64,000 nucleotides of DNA. It comes from Rhodoferax sp. Its GTDB lineage: Bacteria; Pseudomonadota; Gammaproteobacteria; Burkholderiales; Burkholderiaceae_C. Position numbers and translations under genes: made by a program. The notes under the pieces are model-generated. The model saw nothing but the letters and a program-made list of their open reading frames with translations, made no database searches and was not told the DNA's origin. This document shows, piece by piece, positions 33,414 through 46,154 of this stretch; the stretch's first letter is position 1, and each line of letters begins with the position of its first letter. The stretch lies in the NCBI GenBank assembly GCA_030697375.1, contig JAUYQD010000071.1, positions 27,088 through 91,087 of the forward strand, in the 5' to 3' direction.

Positions 33414-33863
33414 CTACTGCAAAGTGCCTTTAAGGGCTTCTGGAACAAGGAATGGCAGCACATCGATACCTTCGTCCACCAGGGACTGGGCTTCTTGGGG
33501 CGTGGCCTTGCCCCGTATGCTGCGCTCCTCAATTTCACCGTAATGCATTTTGCGAGCCTCGTCTGCAAACCGGCTCCCCACATCGCTCGTATTCGCCAGC
33601 AAATGCCGTGTAACAGTTAGCCATGCAGCGGACAACGCATCATCTCCTTTGGGTGCCACGCCCATATCCTGGATGGGAACCGGACCTGCGCGTTTAGCAC
33701 CAAGGTTCAGGCGGGGGGCACTGGGTTTTTTGGTGACCGATGCATCACCGCACAGGGGGCATTGCACAAGAGACCGTTCGCACTGCCGAAGAAAATCGTC
33801 TTCCGAGGCAAACCAACCCTCAAAGGCATGCCCGTGTGCACACTGGAGGTCGAGCACCTTCAT
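33414..33863 (-). CDS. DUF1178-family protein
   Basis: DLQCAHGHAFEGWF...CPLCG zinc-ribbon and FADEARKMHYGE. Confidence 0.88.
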   Translation of the reverse strand: MKVLDLQCAHGHAFEGWFASEDDFLRQCERSLVQCPLCGDASVTKKPSAPRLNLGAKRAGPVPIQDMGVAPKGDDALSAAWLTVTRHLLANTSDVGSRFADEARKMHYGEIEERSIRGKATPQEAQSLVDEGIDVLPFLVPEALKGTLQ

Positions 33864-34477
33864 GGTGTGCCTTTGAGAACCTGCTCCACATCTGCGTCAA
33901 CCTGCCAATCCAAGACCCAAGCACCTGAAACCACATTCTGTAGCCACAGGGCGCCAGCCAGGGTTTTCGCATCCGTGACCTTGCCCTCCATGCACCACTG
34001 AAGTAATTCGGCCGGCGTAGCCGTGAATACGTCAAGAAACTCACCGCTGTCCAGATGCCGCTCCCCAGCTTGAAGCTGGCGCGCAAACCAGATATCAATG
34101 AATTCAGTGGAGTACGAAATAACTGGGTGCATAACCCCCGCGCGCGCCCACTCCAAAGCGCTATAACCCGTTTCTTCCTTCAGTTCACGCCGCGCGCAGG
34201 CATGCACACACTCATTCGGGTCCAGCTTACCCGCGGGAAATTCCAACATCACTTGTCCCACGGGATAACGATACTGGCGCTCTAACACGACACGCAACTG
34301 ACCATCGCCATCTTCCAACAATGGGATGACCATAACCGCACCGGGGTGCAACAGATACTCCCGTGAAGCATCCGAACCATCAGGTAAGGTAACCGTGTCG
34401 CGAAAGGCGTGGAGAAACTGCCCTTTGAGAATTTCCTGGCCAGCCCGTTTTACTTCGATCAGATGGCTGTCATCCAT
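33860..34477 (-). CDS. NUDIX hydrolase (ADP-ribose pyrophosphatase-like)
   Basis: Nudix box EFPAGKLD...ARRELKEETGY. Confidence 0.92.
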   Translation of the reverse strand: MDDSHLIEVKRAGQEILKGQFLHAFRDTVTLPDGSDASREYLLHPGAVMVIPLLEDGDGQLRVVLERQYRYPVGQVMLEFPAGKLDPNECVHACARRELKEETGYSALEWARAGVMHPVISYSTEFIDIWFARQLQAGERHLDSGEFLDVFTATPAELLQWCMEGKVTDAKTLAGALWLQNVVSGAWVLDWQVDADVEQVLKGTP

Positions 34478-34516
34478 GCCAGTCAGCGCACCATTCAAAA
34501 CAGCGGCAATACAGAA

Positions 34517-36004
34517 TCAGGTACCCAGCATCTGCAAAACAGACCGAGCACACAGCGCCATCAAACCACTTGGGAATAGGCCCAACCCCAACACCAATGC
34601 ACCGTTGAGGCACAGGGTGACTCGCACATCCGTAGGTGCTTGTATAGCCACAGAAGTCGTTGGTTCATCGAAATACATAACCTTGACAAGCCGCAGGTAG
34701 TAGAACGCCCCAATCAAGGACATCAGAACCGCAAACACCGCCACGCCCAGATGCAACACTTGCCCTGAAGCAATCAACGCCTGCAACACCGACAACTTCG
34801 CGTAAAACCCGACCATAGGAGGAATGCCAGCCAGAGAAAACATACATGCGGCCATCACGCCGGCATACAGCGGGCTACGTTGGTTAAGTCCTGCAAAGTC
34901 TGCAATGTCTTCGCTCTCAAAGCCTTCGCGCGACAGCAGCAGAATGACGCCAAAACTTGCCAAGGTCGTCAACACATAAGTGATGACATAAAACATGGAC
35001 GAACTGTAGGCGTTGGCAGCCGACAAGACATTTCCATTGACTGCACCGGACATCAATCCGAGAAGTACAAAGCCCATTTGAGAGATCGTTGAAAATGCCA
35101 ACATCCGCTTGACATTGGTTTGTGCGATGGCCGCCAGGTTGCCAATAAACAGGGAGGCAATGGCCAAAACCATCAACATCTGCTGCCAATCCAACGCCAA
35201 CGGCAACATGCCTTCTACCAATAAACGCATGACAATGGCAAAGGCCGCCAGCTTGGGTGCCCCACCGATCATCAGAGTGACCACCGTTGGAGCGCCCTGG
35301 TAGACATCGGGAATCCACATGTGAAAGGGAACGACGCCGAGTTTGAATGCCAGCCCGGACACAATGAACACCAAACCAAAAACCAAAACCTGGTGCCGAA
35401 TCTGACCGGTCGATATCGCCTGGAATACCGCATTGACGTCCAGGGAGCCCGTGGCACCATACAGCATCGACATACCGTACAAAAGGAAGCCCGATGCCAT
35501 GGCACCGAGTACAAAGTACTTCATGGATGCCTCAGTCGCAGTGGCATTGTCGCGGCGTAGCGCAACCAGTGCATAACTCGACAGGGTTAACAATTCCAAG
35601 CCCATATAGATCACGAGAAAATTATTCCCGGAAATCATGACAAACATGCCCAGCAAAGCGAACAGGCTCAAGGTGAATAACTCACCGCCGCGCAACATGT
35701 CGCGAGGTGCCGCATAAGGACGCCCATAAACCAAGGTAACCATCACCGCGACCGTAGCAAAGCACTTGAGCCAATTCCCCATAGAATCACTAACCACCAT
35801 GTTGCCAAAGCCATAGTAGGTGGCGCCACTGGACGCATACATGCCTTGTATAACAGCGACCACAGCAAGTGTGACCATGGTCAATGCATAGGTAGCACCA
35901 CGCTGGGGGGTTTTCACTCCCAAATCAAAGATTGCGATGACACAGGCCATCACCATCAAAATGATTTCAGGGTACACCATGATCCAACTGAGTTTGTCAA
36001 TCAT
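34517..36004 (-). CDS. nuoN: NADH-quinone oxidoreductase subunit N
   Basis: [11 protein letters not shown] and [20 protein letters not shown]. Confidence 0.97.
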   Translation of the reverse strand: MIDKLSWIMVYPEIILMVMACVIAIFDLGVKTPQRGATYALTMVTLAVVAVIQGMYASSGATYYGFGNMVVSDSMGNWLKCFATVAVMVTLVYGRPYAAPRDMLRGGELFTLSLFALLGMFVMISGNNFLVIYMGLELLTLSSYALVALRRDNATATEASMKYFVLGAMASGFLLYGMSMLYGATGSLDVNAVFQAISTGQIRHQVLVFGLVFIVSGLAFKLGVVPFHMWIPDVYQGAPTVVTLMIGGAPKLAAFAIVMRLLVEGMLPLALDWQQMLMVLAIASLFIGNLAAIAQTNVKRMLAFSTISQMGFVLLGLMSGAVNGNVLSAANAYSSSMFYVITYVLTTLASFGVILLLSREGFESEDIADFAGLNQRSPLYAGVMAACMFSLAGIPPMVGFYAKLSVLQALIASGQVLHLGVAVFAVLMSLIGAFYYLRLVKVMYFDEPTTSVAIQAPTDVRVTLCLNGALVLGLGLFPSGLMALCARSVLQMLGT

Positions 36005-36028
36005 CTTTCGTCTCTCAATTCAGTGTGA

Positions 36029-37504
36029 TCAGTTCAACTTGGAAAGCGCTACATGTTTCAGCAACTGCGCCACAGAAACATCCATCACATCGGTAAATGG
36101 TTTGGGATAGACACCCATGTACAGGGTGGCCGCAGCCAACAGAGCCAGCATGATGAACTCTCGGGAATTGATATCCAATAAGGACTTCACATGCGTGTTG
36201 GTTACCGGGCCCAAATACACCCGTTTGAACATCCACAGGGTGTACGCAGCGCCAAAAATCAGGGCACTGGCAGCGGCAAAACCAATCCAGAAATTGAACT
36301 TCACAGCGCCCAGAATCACCATCCATTCACCCACGAATCCGGCCGTGCCCGGCAATCCGCAATTGGCCATGGAAAACAACAGGGCAAATGCCGCAAATTT
36401 GGGCATGGTGTTGACAACCCCACCATAACTCGCAATCTCACGCGAGTGCACCCGGTCGTAAAGCACCCCGATGGACAGGAACATGGCAGCGGATACGAAC
36501 CCGTGCGCGATCATCTGCACCAAACCACCCGACACACCCAGATCATTGAATATGAAGAAGCCCAAGGTCACAAAGCCCATGTGTGCGACCGACGAATAAG
36601 CCACCAGCTTTTTCATGTCCTGCTGAACCATCGCAACCAAGCCCACATAGACCACGGCGATCAACGACAAAGCAATCATCAACCAAGCCCACTCATGGGC
36701 CGCATCGGGTGCGATGGGCAATGAAAAGCGCAAAAATCCGTACGCACCCAGCTTCAGCATGATGGCTGCCAGCACTGCGGAGCCCCCCGTAGGTGCCTCG
36801 ACGTGCACATCAGGCAACCATGTATGCACAGGCCACATGGGCACTTTGACTGCAAACGCCGCAAAAAACGCAAAGAACAACAGTGTCTGTGCTGTGCGAC
36901 CCAAGGGCATGGCATGCCAAACGGCCAAGTCAAAACTACCACCCGATTGGATATACAGAAAAATCAGCGCAACCAACATGAGCAATGAGCCCATCAAGGT
37001 ATACAAGAAAAATTTGAAGGCTGCGTAAATCTTGTTGGGCCCGCCCCAAATACCAATGATCAGATACATCGGAATAAGGGTTGCTTCGAAAAACACATAG
37101 AACAGCAAGCCATCAAGTGCACAAAACACACCAATCATCAGGCCGCTCAGAATCAAAAACGCCCCCATGTATTGGTTAACCCGGCGTGTAATGACTTCCC
37201 AGCCCGCAATCACCACAATCACATTGATGAAAGCCGTCAGCAACACGAACCAGAATGAAATACCGTCGACACCTAAGTGGTAATTCACATTGAAACGTTC
37301 AATCCAGGGCGCTTTTTCAACAAACTGCATCGCAGCCGTCGTCTGGTCAAACTGGGCATACAAAGGCAAGGTCACCAAAAAGCTAACCAACGCCCCGATC
37401 AAGGCAACCCAGCGCACTGCCCTCGCCTGTTCGTCACGACCCAGGGCCAACAAAACAATCCCGAACACAATCGGTGTCCAGATTGCAAGGCTCAACAATC
37501 CCAT
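36029..37504 (-). CDS. nuoM: NADH-quinone oxidoreductase subunit M
   Basis: FEATLIPM and KVPMWPVHTWLPDVHVEAPT. Confidence 0.97.
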   Translation of the reverse strand: MGLLSLAIWTPIVFGIVLLALGRDEQARAVRWVALIGALVSFLVTLPLYAQFDQTTAAMQFVEKAPWIERFNVNYHLGVDGISFWFVLLTAFINVIVVIAGWEVITRRVNQYMGAFLILSGLMIGVFCALDGLLFYVFFEATLIPMYLIIGIWGGPNKIYAAFKFFLYTLMGSLLMLVALIFLYIQSGGSFDLAVWHAMPLGRTAQTLLFFAFFAAFAVKVPMWPVHTWLPDVHVEAPTGGSAVLAAIMLKLGAYGFLRFSLPIAPDAAHEWAWLMIALSLIAVVYVGLVAMVQQDMKKLVAYSSVAHMGFVTLGFFIFNDLGVSGGLVQMIAHGFVSAAMFLSIGVLYDRVHSREIASYGGVVNTMPKFAAFALLFSMANCGLPGTAGFVGEWMVILGAVKFNFWIGFAAASALIFGAAYTLWMFKRVYLGPVTNTHVKSLLDINSREFIMLALLAAATLYMGVYPKPFTDVMDVSVAQLLKHVALSKLN

Positions 37505-37516
37505 ATTCTTTTTCTC

Positions 37517-39541
37517 CTACTTGAGCCAGACAAAATACGTCATCAGCACAAAGATACCCAAAATCATGGCCAGTGCGTAGTGGTACAGATAACCTGACTG
37601 CACTTTTCGCACAGATCCTGCAATCCAACCGACCAACTTCCATGAGCCATTGACCAAAGCGCCATCGATCACCGCCTGATCACCGCCCTTCCACAGACCG
37701 GTCCCCAATGCCCGCGCACCAGCGGCGAGGATGTTTTCGTTGATCCAGTCCAGGTAATACTTATTCTCCAGAAGATTGAAGATTGGCATGACATTGCGCT
37801 TGATCGCAGCGGGCAATGCAGGATTGACCATGTACATGTAATAAGAGCTTGCGACTCCCGCGACGGCCAGCCAAAACGGAGCCGTACTCAAGGCATGAAT
37901 GGCCATCTGCAGAGGACCATGGAACGCATGGGCCAACTCTTCCATTACCGCGTGTTTTTCAGAATCTACAAAAATTGCACCCTTGAAAAACTCACCAAAC
38001 AACAGGGGATCAATAGTGAAATAACCGATCAATACCGAAGGAATCGCCAACAGAACCAGCGGAACCGTAACAACCCAAGGCGACTCATGCGGTGCGTGGT
38101 CACCGCCGTGATGATCATGGGGGTCTTGGTGACTGCCATGATGCGCATCCGGGTTCTGGTCAAAGCGTTCTTTTCCGTGGAACACCAGGAAATACATGCG
38201 GAAAGAATAGAACGCCGTTACGAAGACACCTGCCAGGACAGCAAAAGAAGCGAATCCGGCACCCGCGAGGTGGCTTTCATGCACTGCTTCAATGATGCTG
38301 TCTTTAGAGTAAAAGCCAGCAAACAAAGGCGTCCCGATCAATGCCAAAGACCCGAGCAACGAGGTAATCCAGGTGATCGGCATGTACTTACGCAGCCCAC
38401 CCATCCAGCGAATGTCCTGATTGTGGTGCACGCCCATGATCACGGACCCTGCGGCAAGGAACAACAAGGCCTTGAAGAAGGCATGGGTCATCAGGTGAAA
38501 TACCGCCACTGAATAAGCGGAAGCACCCAAAGCAACTGTCATATAACCCAACTGCGACAGCGTGGAGTACGCAACTACACGTTTGATGTCATTTTGGATA
38601 ATGCCCAAAAAGCCCATAAACAGCGCTGTGATGGAACCAATCACCAGGATGAAATTCAGCGCTGTGTCGCTGAGTTCAAACAAGGGAGACATACGTGCCA
38701 CCATGAAAATGCCCGCGGTCACCATCGTTGCCGCGTGAATCAGGGCGGAAATGGGGGTCGGACCTTCCATGGAATCGGGCAACCAAACATGCAGGGGGAA
38801 TTGTGCCGACTTACCCATGGCACCAATAAACAGGCAAATACAAATCACGGTGACCAGCATCCAGTCGGTTCCTGGGAAGCTCAGCTTGGCAAGTTCGTCC
38901 GCCTTTGCAAAAGCCTCGGTGTAATTCAAGGTGCCTGCAAAAGCAACGATCAATCCAATGCCCAAGATGAACCCGAAATCTCCCACCCGATTGACCAGGA
39001 ACGCTTTCATGTTGGCGAAAATGGCGGTCGGCTTGTTGAACCAGAAACCAATCAACAGGTAGGACACCAAACCAACAGCCTCCCATCCAAAGAACAGTTG
39101 CAGCATGTTGTTGCTCATCACCAGCATCAACATCGAGAAAGTGAACAAGGAGATATAGGCAAAAAAGCGGTTGTAGCCTTCATCCTCTTCCATGTAGCCA
39201 ATGGTGTAGATGTGGACCATCAGCGACACAAAAGTCACCACACACATCATCATGGCGGTCAAACCATCCACCAGAAAACCAATCTCCATCTTCAACCCGC
39301 CCACGACCATCCAGGTGTAGAGGGTTTCATTGAAGCGGGCCCCTTCAAAGGCAACCGCATTCAGGGTCATGGCCGAAATAACAAAAGCAATCAGTACGCC
39401 AAGAATGGTGAGGGAATGGCTAAGGCCACGCCCTATCCAGTTACCGCCGAACTTGGTTCCAAATACACCAGCCAGCACCGCACCGACCAGGGGTGCCATA
39501 GGGACCGCCAACAACGTAGCAGCAGACAGGGTTTGACTCAT
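37517..39541 (-). CDS. nuoL: NADH-quinone oxidoreductase subunit L
   Basis: GKSAQFPLHVWLPDSMEGPTPISALIHAATMV. Confidence 0.97.
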   Translation of the reverse strand: MSQTLSAATLLAVPMAPLVGAVLAGVFGTKFGGNWIGRGLSHSLTILGVLIAFVISAMTLNAVAFEGARFNETLYTWMVVGGLKMEIGFLVDGLTAMMMCVVTFVSLMVHIYTIGYMEEDEGYNRFFAYISLFTFSMLMLVMSNNMLQLFFGWEAVGLVSYLLIGFWFNKPTAIFANMKAFLVNRVGDFGFILGIGLIVAFAGTLNYTEAFAKADELAKLSFPGTDWMLVTVICICLFIGAMGKSAQFPLHVWLPDSMEGPTPISALIHAATMVTAGIFMVARMSPLFELSDTALNFILVIGSITALFMGFLGIIQNDIKRVVAYSTLSQLGYMTVALGASAYSVAVFHLMTHAFFKALLFLAAGSVIMGVHHNQDIRWMGGLRKYMPITWITSLLGSLALIGTPLFAGFYSKDSIIEAVHESHLAGAGFASFAVLAGVFVTAFYSFRMYFLVFHGKERFDQNPDAHHGSHQDPHDHHGGDHAPHESPWVVTVPLVLLAIPSVLIGYFTIDPLLFGEFFKGAIFVDSEKHAVMEELAHAFHGPLQMAIHALSTAPFWLAVAGVASSYYMYMVNPALPAAIKRNVMPIFNLLENKYYLDWINENILAAGARALGTGLWKGGDQAVIDGALVNGSWKLVGWIAGSVRKVQSGYLYHYALAMILGIFVLMTYFVWLK

Positions 39542-39545
39542 CTTA

Positions 39546-39854
39546 TTAACCCTTGAGCGAATTGAGTTCGTCCACACGGATGCTGGACTTGTTACGGAAC
39601 AACAGCACCAAGATGGCCAACCCGATCGCGGATTCAGCGGCAGCGACTGTCAATATGAAGAACACGAAAATTTGCCCGTGCATGTCGTGCAAATAGTAGG
39701 AAAACGCCACAAAATTGGTGTTGACCGCCAAGAGCATGAGTTCAATCGCCATCAGCAACACAATCAAGTTGCGACGATTCAAAAAAATACCGACCACTGA
39801 CAGCGCAAACAACATTGCGCCCAGCGAGAGAAAATGTCCAAGTGTCAATGTCAT
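39546..39854 (-). CDS. nuoK: NADH-quinone oxidoreductase subunit K
   Basis: LMAIELML and [11 protein letters not shown]. Confidence 0.96.
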   Translation of the reverse strand: MTLTLGHFLSLGAMLFALSVVGIFLNRRNLIVLLMAIELMLLAVNTNFVAFSYYLHDMHGQIFVFFILTVAAAESAIGLAILVLLFRNKSSIRVDELNSLKG

Positions 39855-40507
39855 GCTTTTGTCTCCGCCTGGGATGCGGCTGGTGCAGGCTCTACCGCCA
39901 TCTGCGTAGCCGCCATTTTGACCACTGTCATCCGGTCACGCGCCCTTACACGCACTTGTTGTCCAGGATTTACGTATTTGCTGTCTTTACGGGCCCGCAA
40001 AGTCAGCGCGATGGCCGCGATCATGGCAACCAGCAAAATCGCCGCTGCAACTTCAAGTGGATACAGGTAATGGGTGAAAAGCAGCTTGCCCAACTCTTTG
40101 GTATTGGACAACTGAACAGCATCAGCAGGCGCCAGCACGGGGATTTGGGGATTTTCCATCGCACGGAACCCGCCCATCAGAACAGCCGCCATTTCCAGCG
40201 CAATGACTACGCCCATGACTGCAGCGAGAGGAAAATGCTTCCAGAAGCCTACCCGCATATCTTCGACGTTGATATCCATCATCATCACGACAAACAGAAA
40301 AAGTACCATCACCGCACCGACATAGACCAGCACCAGCGTGATCGACAAAAACTCAGCTTTGAGCAACATCCACAGCATGGATGCCTGGAAGAAGGTCAAC
40401 ACAAGAAACAAGGCCGCGTGCACAGGATTGCGCGCAGTGATGACGCGAAAAGCCGCGAACAGCATGACTGCTGAAAACACGTAAAACAGACCGGTCGTGA
40501 CACTCAT
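39851..40507 (-). CDS. nuoJ: NADH-quinone oxidoreductase subunit J
   Basis: NPVHAAL and [17 protein letters not shown]. Confidence 0.96.
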   Translation of the reverse strand: MSVTTGLFYVFSAVMLFAAFRVITARNPVHAALFLVLTFFQASMLWMLLKAEFLSITLVLVYVGAVMVLFLFVVMMMDINVEDMRVGFWKHFPLAAVMGVVIALEMAAVLMGGFRAMENPQIPVLAPADAVQLSNTKELGKLLFTHYLYPLEVAAAILLVAMIAAIALTLRARKDSKYVNPGQQVRVRARDRMTVVKMAATQMAVEPAPAASQAETKA

Positions 40508-40532
40508 GATTCAAATTCTTTCTAACGACAGA

Positions 40533-41054
40533 TCAACGGTATTTGGCATCGGCCAACTTGTTCGCGGCGATCTCGGATTCATATCGGTCACCCACGGCCA
40601 ATAACATGTCTTTGGTGAAATACAAATCTCCCCGTTTCTCGCCGTGGTATTCCAAAATATGGGTTTCCACAATGGAATCCACGGGACAACTTTCCTCACA
40701 AAATCCGCAGAAAATGCATTTTGTGAGATCGATGTCGTAGCGTGTCGTGCGGCGCGATCCATCAGCCCTTACGTCCGATTCGATCGTGATCGCCATTGCA
40801 GGACACACCGCCTCACACAATTTGCACGCAATGCAACGTTCCTCGCCGCCCTCATAACGCCGTAAGGCGTGAAGACCCCGAAAACGGGGTGACAAAGGCG
40901 TTTTTTCTTCAGGGAACTGCACGGTTACCTTGCGACGAAACGCATAACGCCCCGTGAGTGCAAGTCCTTTGAACAATTCGACCAACAGAAAGCTGTAGAG
41001 AAAGTCCTTGAGCGAAAAAGCGGAGGGCATACGGACCACAGTGTTTGAAGACAT
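40533..41054 (-). CDS. nuoI: NADH-quinone oxidoreductase subunit I
   Basis: Two 4Fe-4S motifs, [12 protein letters not shown] and [12 protein letters not shown]. Confidence 0.97.
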   Translation of the reverse strand: MSSNTVVRMPSAFSLKDFLYSFLLVELFKGLALTGRYAFRRKVTVQFPEEKTPLSPRFRGLHALRRYEGGEERCIACKLCEAVCPAMAITIESDVRADGSRRTTRYDIDLTKCIFCGFCEESCPVDSIVETHILEYHGEKRGDLYFTKDMLLAVGDRYESEIAANKLADAKYR

Positions 41055-41065
41055 GGTTGAATTTC

Positions 41066-42142
41066 TCACTTCCAAATATTGAAGGAAGTTTGCATCCAGG
41101 CGCCCACCACCAACAGCCAAACCAGAGTGACTGGGATGAACACTTTCCAACCCAAACGCATGATCTGGTCGTACCGGAAACGCGGAAATGTTGCACGCAC
41201 CCAAATAAACAAGCTAACTACGGCGCAGGTTTTTATTCCCAACCATATCCACCCCGGTATCCAGTTCAGAAACTCCACAGGAGACAACCAACCGCCCAAG
41301 AACATAACAGCAGCAAGGATGGATACCAGCCACATGTTCGCGTATTCGGCCAAGTAGAACATGGCATAGGACATGCCGGAATATTCAACCATGTGACCAG
41401 CCACAATTTCTGCCTCACCCTCAACGACATCAAAGGGATGGCGATTGGTCTCAGCCATACCTGAAATGACATATACAACGAAAATTGGTAACAACGGCAA
41501 CCAATTCCAGGACAAGAAGCCCAAGCCCATTTCTGCGAAATAACCCCTGCCTTGCCCCGTGACAATGTCAGTCAGGTTCATGCTGGCTGACACCATGAGC
41601 ACAATGACAAGACAAAAACCCATTGCAATTTCATAACTCACCATTTGCGCAGACGCCCGCAAAGCACCTAGAAACGCATATTTGGAATTCGAGGCCCAAC
41701 CGGAGATCACGACGCCATACACCTCCATAGAGGTAATCGCCATCACAAATAACAAACCGGCATTGATGTTAGCCAGCGCGACATCAGGACCAAAGGGTAT
41801 GACTGCCCAAGCCGCCATGGCGGGCATGATGGTCAGGATGGGGCCCACAAAAAAGAGGCCTTTGTTTGCTGCGGACGGCAGCAAAACTTCTTTGGTCAAC
41901 AACTTCAAAGCGTCTGCAATCGGTTGCAGCAGCCCCCAGGGTCCTACCCGGTTGGGGCCCACGCGCACTTGCATCCATCCCAGGAACTTGCGCTCCCACA
42001 GAGTCAAGTAAGCAACAGCCCCCATCAGAGGCAAAACCACGACCACAATCTTGATCAAAGCCCAGAGCACAGGCCAGACAACGGCCGCCCACCATGCATC
42101 GGCAGACAACCCCAATCCCGAGGTATACAGCGTATCAATCAT
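41066..42142 (-). CDS. nuoH: NADH-quinone oxidoreductase subunit H
   Basis: [21 protein letters not shown] and AETNRHPFD. Confidence 0.97.
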   Translation of the reverse strand: MIDTLYTSGLGLSADAWWAAVVWPVLWALIKIVVVVLPLMGAVAYLTLWERKFLGWMQVRVGPNRVGPWGLLQPIADALKLLTKEVLLPSAANKGLFFVGPILTIMPAMAAWAVIPFGPDVALANINAGLLFVMAITSMEVYGVVISGWASNSKYAFLGALRASAQMVSYEIAMGFCLVIVLMVSASMNLTDIVTGQGRGYFAEMGLGFLSWNWLPLLPIFVVYVISGMAETNRHPFDVVEGEAEIVAGHMVEYSGMSYAMFYLAEYANMWLVSILAAVMFLGGWLSPVEFLNWIPGWIWLGIKTCAVVSLFIWVRATFPRFRYDQIMRLGWKVFIPVTLVWLLVVGAWMQTSFNIWK

Positions 42143-44277
42143 GCCAGCGCCTCCTGAGCAGTCTCTTTCAATGCGCTACGTGCATCTGCAGTCAACTGGA
42201 GAGCACTCGCGCGGCGCACGATGCCATCCAGTTGGTAAATTCCAGCTACTGTTGGATCAACTGTAGGAATCGACAAATCAATCGACCCCTGGCACGCGTT
42301 ACTCAGTCGAATGGCAGGGACTTGCTCGGGCACCGCTGCATTCCCATGCATGTGCGCCAGCACATCTTGCGATGATTCAAATTCAAAATCAGGCAACTTG
42401 AGCAAATTGGCTAACACGCGCAAAACTTTCCAGCCTGGACGTGTCTCGCCCAAAGGCTTGACCACCGCATGAAAACTCTGCACGCGCCCTTCTGCATTGA
42501 CAAACGTACCGGAGGTCTCCGTAAATGGAGCGATCGGTAGCAACACGTCACTGCAGTCCATGTTTGCCTTGAAAGGACTCAAAGTCACAACCATTTCCGC
42601 GCGGTCCAGATTGGCAACGGCGGCCACTCCGGCTGCCGAATCAAACTGTGGCTCCGTGTTGAGCAGAATCACCGCCTTGAGGTCGCCGGACAACATTTGC
42701 CCTGCATTCAAACCACCTAAGCCAGGCATCGCACCAACGATCTGTGCGCCGACTGTGTTTGCAGCTTCCGTCAGGAAACCTACGGTCGCACCGGTCTGCT
42801 CTGCAATCCAATTGGCCAAAGACAACAAACTCGAAGAACGTGGATGGTGGGTAGCAGCATTGCCTAACAACACCGCCTTGCGCTCGCCGCCCATCAAAGA
42901 CTTGGCGATGGCCTGGGCTGTCGGCGTTGCATTCCCGGCCACTGGCGCGGCGACACCTTTTTCGGATGCAATTGCACTGGCAATATCTGCCAACGCTTCC
43001 ACCCAATGGGAGGCAGGAGACTGCAGCGTATTGGCAACCGGCATGGCCCAATCCACTTCTGCCGCACTGACTGCACTCACCGCGCAACCCAATTTCACGG
43101 CGTGGCGAATGCGTGCGGCAAACAGTGGATGGTCTTTGCGCAAATTGGAACCAACAACCAACACGCGCTGCAGTTCCGATAAAGCAGCAATGGGCATACC
43201 CAAATAGCGCGCTCCAGAGTTGACCTCAAACTGCGCATTGCGCAAACGATAGTCAATATTTTCACTGCCGAGGCCACGCACCAAGGTACTGGCCAAGTGC
43301 AGTTCTTCCAGGGTGCTGTGCGGGCTTACCAAGCCACCAATGGCGTTTGCCCCGAAATTGGCCTTAATTTCCTGCAATCCATTGGCAACATATTCCAATG
43401 CCGTTTGCCAGTCGACACTTACCCACTTGCCGCCCTGCTTGAGCATAGGCGACGTCAAACGCTCATCGCTGTTAAGTGCCTCGTATGAAAAACGATCACG
43501 GTCTGCAAGCCAGCACTCGTTCACGGACTCATTCTCAAATGGAACAACCCGCATGACCTTGTGGTTCTTGACTTGCACGATCAAATTGGCACCCGTCGAA
43601 TCGTGGGGACTCACGGACTTGCGACGTGACAACTCCCACGTACGGGCGCTGTAGCGGAATGGCTTGCTGGTCAGAGCACCAACGGGGCAAATGTCAATCA
43701 TGTTGCCCGACAACTCGGAATCCACTGTGCTGCCAACGAAGGTTTCGATTTCGGCATGCTCACCACGGTGCGACATACCCAACTCCATGGAACCTGCCAC
43801 TTCCTGACCAAAACGCACGCAGCGCGTGCAATGGATACAGCGGCTCATTTCCTGCATCGAAATCAACGGACCCACGTCCTTGACTTGAACCACACGCTTC
43901 TCTTCTTCGTAACGCGACGAGGATGCGCCGTAACCAACAGCCAGATCCTGCAACTGGCATTCACCACCTTGATCACAGATAGGACAATCCAAGGGGTGAT
44001 TGATCAGCAGGAACTCCATGACGGACTTCTGCGCCTTGATGGCCTTGTCGCTCTTGGTGCGAACAATCATCCCCTGCGTCACCGGTGTGGCACACGCTGG
44101 CATCGGCTTAGGCATTTTTTCCACATCCACTAGACACATACGGCAACTTGCCGCAATGCTGAGCTTCTTGTGGTAGCAAAAATGAGGAATGTAGGTACCT
44201 GCCTTTTCAGCAGCATGCATGATCATGCTGCCCTCAACAATGTCAACCTTCTTGCCGTCAAGTTCAATTTCAATCAT
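42139..44277 (-). CDS. nuoG: NADH-quinone oxidoreductase subunit G
   Basis: [28 protein letters not shown] and [10 protein letters not shown]. Confidence 0.97.
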   Translation of the reverse strand: MIEIELDGKKVDIVEGSMIMHAAEKAGTYIPHFCYHKKLSIAASCRMCLVDVEKMPKPMPACATPVTQGMIVRTKSDKAIKAQKSVMEFLLINHPLDCPICDQGGECQLQDLAVGYGASSSRYEEEKRVVQVKDVGPLISMQEMSRCIHCTRCVRFGQEVAGSMELGMSHRGEHAEIETFVGSTVDSELSGNMIDICPVGALTSKPFRYSARTWELSRRKSVSPHDSTGANLIVQVKNHKVMRVVPFENESVNECWLADRDRFSYEALNSDERLTSPMLKQGGKWVSVDWQTALEYVANGLQEIKANFGANAIGGLVSPHSTLEELHLASTLVRGLGSENIDYRLRNAQFEVNSGARYLGMPIAALSELQRVLVVGSNLRKDHPLFAARIRHAVKLGCAVSAVSAAEVDWAMPVANTLQSPASHWVEALADIASAIASEKGVAAPVAGNATPTAQAIAKSLMGGERKAVLLGNAATHHPRSSSLLSLANWIAEQTGATVGFLTEAANTVGAQIVGAMPGLGGLNAGQMLSGDLKAVILLNTEPQFDSAAGVAAVANLDRAEMVVTLSPFKANMDCSDVLLPIAPFTETSGTFVNAEGRVQSFHAVVKPLGETRPGWKVLRVLANLLKLPDFEFESSQDVLAHMHGNAAVPEQVPAIRLSNACQGSIDLSIPTVDPTVAGIYQLDGIVRRASALQLTADARSALKETAQEALA

Positions 44278-44289
44278 CTTGGGACTCGC

Positions 44290-45666
44290 TCAGACGTAGG
44301 CTGGGACCATGCAGGTCTTGTGCTCTACGTGATATTCAAACTCATGGCGGAAATGCTTCAGCATGGCTCGTACCGGCATGGCAGCCGCATCGCCCAGAGC
44401 ACAGATGGTTCGCCCCTGAATATCTTCAGCGACCGAATTCAACAAATCCATGTCCGAGGGACGACCTTGACCGTTTTCAACGCGATCCACTACGCGCGAT
44501 AGCCAACCGGTACCCTCACGGCAGGGCGTGCACTGACCACAAGACTCATGCATATAGAAATAACTCAGACGTTGCAGGCTCTTCACCATGCAGCGGCTAT
44601 CGTCAAACACGATCACAGCGCCCGACCCCAACATAGAGCCCGCTTTGGCGATCGAGTCGTAGTCCATGGTGCATTCCATCATGATGGATGCGGGCAAAAC
44701 AGGAGACGAAGAGCCACCAGGGATCACCGCCTTCAACTGACGACCCGCGCGCACCCCGCCCGCTAATTCCAGCAATTTGGAAAAAGGCGTGCCCATGGGA
44801 ATTTCGTAATTTCCGGGGCGTTCTACGTCACCACTGATCGAATAGATCTTGGTTCCACCATTGTTGGGCTTGCCACATTCCAGGTAGGCCTGCCCACCAT
44901 TGCGAATGATCCACGGAACAGCCGCAAAGGTTTCTGTATTGTTGATCGTGGTGGGTTTGCCATAGAGGCCAAAACTTGCAGGAAAAGGAGGCTTGAACCG
45001 TGGCTGCCCCTTCTTCCCTTCCAAAGACTCCAGCAGTGCAGTTTCCTCACCACAAATGTAGGCACCAAACCCATGCGCGGCGTGCAATTGGAAATTGAAG
45101 CTGCTTCCGAGAATGTTGTTGCCCAGCAAACCGGCGGCACGCGCCTCTTCCAGAGCCTCTTCAAATCGATCGTAGGTAGAAAAGATCTCGCCGTGGATGT
45201 AGTTGTACCCCACCGTGATGCCCATGGCATAGGCCGCTATTGCCATGCCCTCAATCACGATATGTGGGTTGAACTCCAGAATATCGCGGTCTTTACAAGT
45301 CCCAGGCTCCCCTTCGTCCGAGTTACAGACCAGGTATTTTTGACCAGGAAACTGACGGGGCATGAAGCTCCACTTCAAACCCGTTGGAAAACCAGCGCCA
45401 CCGCGTCCCCGCAGAGCAGACTCTTTGACCGTTGCAATCACCTGGTCCTGGGTCATGCCAAGCACACCATTTTCAGCAGTAGGGGTCGCACCGTCCTTGC
45501 CTAGAATTTTGCGTAAAGCCTGGTACCCACCCCTCGCCTCGTAATCTTTGAGACGCCAATTGGAGCCATTCAGTCCCGCATAAATTTGCGGGTTGATGTG
45601 TCGGTCGTGAAAGCAAGTTTGTACGCCTGTAGCGCGGAATTGGGAAAGAATGTTTTCCGCATTCAT
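44290..45666 (-). CDS. nuoF: NADH-quinone oxidoreductase subunit F
   Basis: [24 protein letters not shown] and [12 protein letters not shown]. Confidence 0.98.
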   Translation of the reverse strand: MNAENILSQFRATGVQTCFHDRHINPQIYAGLNGSNWRLKDYEARGGYQALRKILGKDGATPTAENGVLGMTQDQVIATVKESALRGRGGAGFPTGLKWSFMPRQFPGQKYLVCNSDEGEPGTCKDRDILEFNPHIVIEGMAIAAYAMGITVGYNYIHGEIFSTYDRFEEALEEARAAGLLGNNILGSSFNFQLHAAHGFGAYICGEETALLESLEGKKGQPRFKPPFPASFGLYGKPTTINNTETFAAVPWIIRNGGQAYLECGKPNNGGTKIYSISGDVERPGNYEIPMGTPFSKLLELAGGVRAGRQLKAVIPGGSSSPVLPASIMMECTMDYDSIAKAGSMLGSGAVIVFDDSRCMVKSLQRLSYFYMHESCGQCTPCREGTGWLSRVVDRVENGQGRPSDMDLLNSVAEDIQGRTICALGDAAAMPVRAMLKHFRHEFEYHVEHKTCMVPAYV

Positions 45667-46154
45667 GACTTGCCCTCCGCCGCACGCAATCCATCCACCA
45701 ATTGATCGAGCTTTTCTTCACTCATAAAGCTACACATGGAGCGGTCATTCACCAGCATCACCGGAGAATCAGCACAAGCCCCCAAACATTCGCTTTGTTG
45801 CAAAGTGAACAGTCCATCGGTTGTGGTCTCACCCATGCGGATTCCCAACTTTTTTTCCAAATACTGAAGCGCCTTGACACCATCGCGCAGCTGGCATGGC
45901 AGGTTGGTGCACACGTTGAGTTTGTATTTTCCAACAGGGTGTTGGTTGTACATGTTGTAAAACGTGGTCACTTCGTGCACAGCCATGGGAGCCATACCCA
46001 GGTAATCTGCGATCACCTCTTCACTGTCTGCACTGACATACCCCAACTCTTGTTGAACAATGGCCAAACAGGCCATCACAGCCGATTGCTTTTGCTCAAC
46101 GGGGTACTTTGCAACTTCTTTGGCGAAGCGCGTTTTGATAGATTCAGAGATCAT
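45663..46154 (-). CDS. nuoE: NADH-quinone oxidoreductase subunit E
   Basis: VCTNLPC and ECLGAC 2Fe-2S ligands. Confidence 0.96.
   Translation of the reverse strand: MISESIKTRFAKEVAKYPVEQKQSAVMACLAIVQQELGYVSADSEEVIADYLGMAPMAVHEVTTFYNMYNQHPVGKYKLNVCTNLPCQLRDGVKALQYLEKKLGIRMGETTTDGLFTLQQSECLGACADSPVMLVNDRSMCSFMSEEKLDQLVDGLRAAEGKS

Noticed and set aside
34478-34516. Possible loss of a small membrane gene between nuoN and the NUDIX gene
   Set aside because: This rests only on recalled synteny in relatives; nothing in the 39-bp gap supports a remnant.
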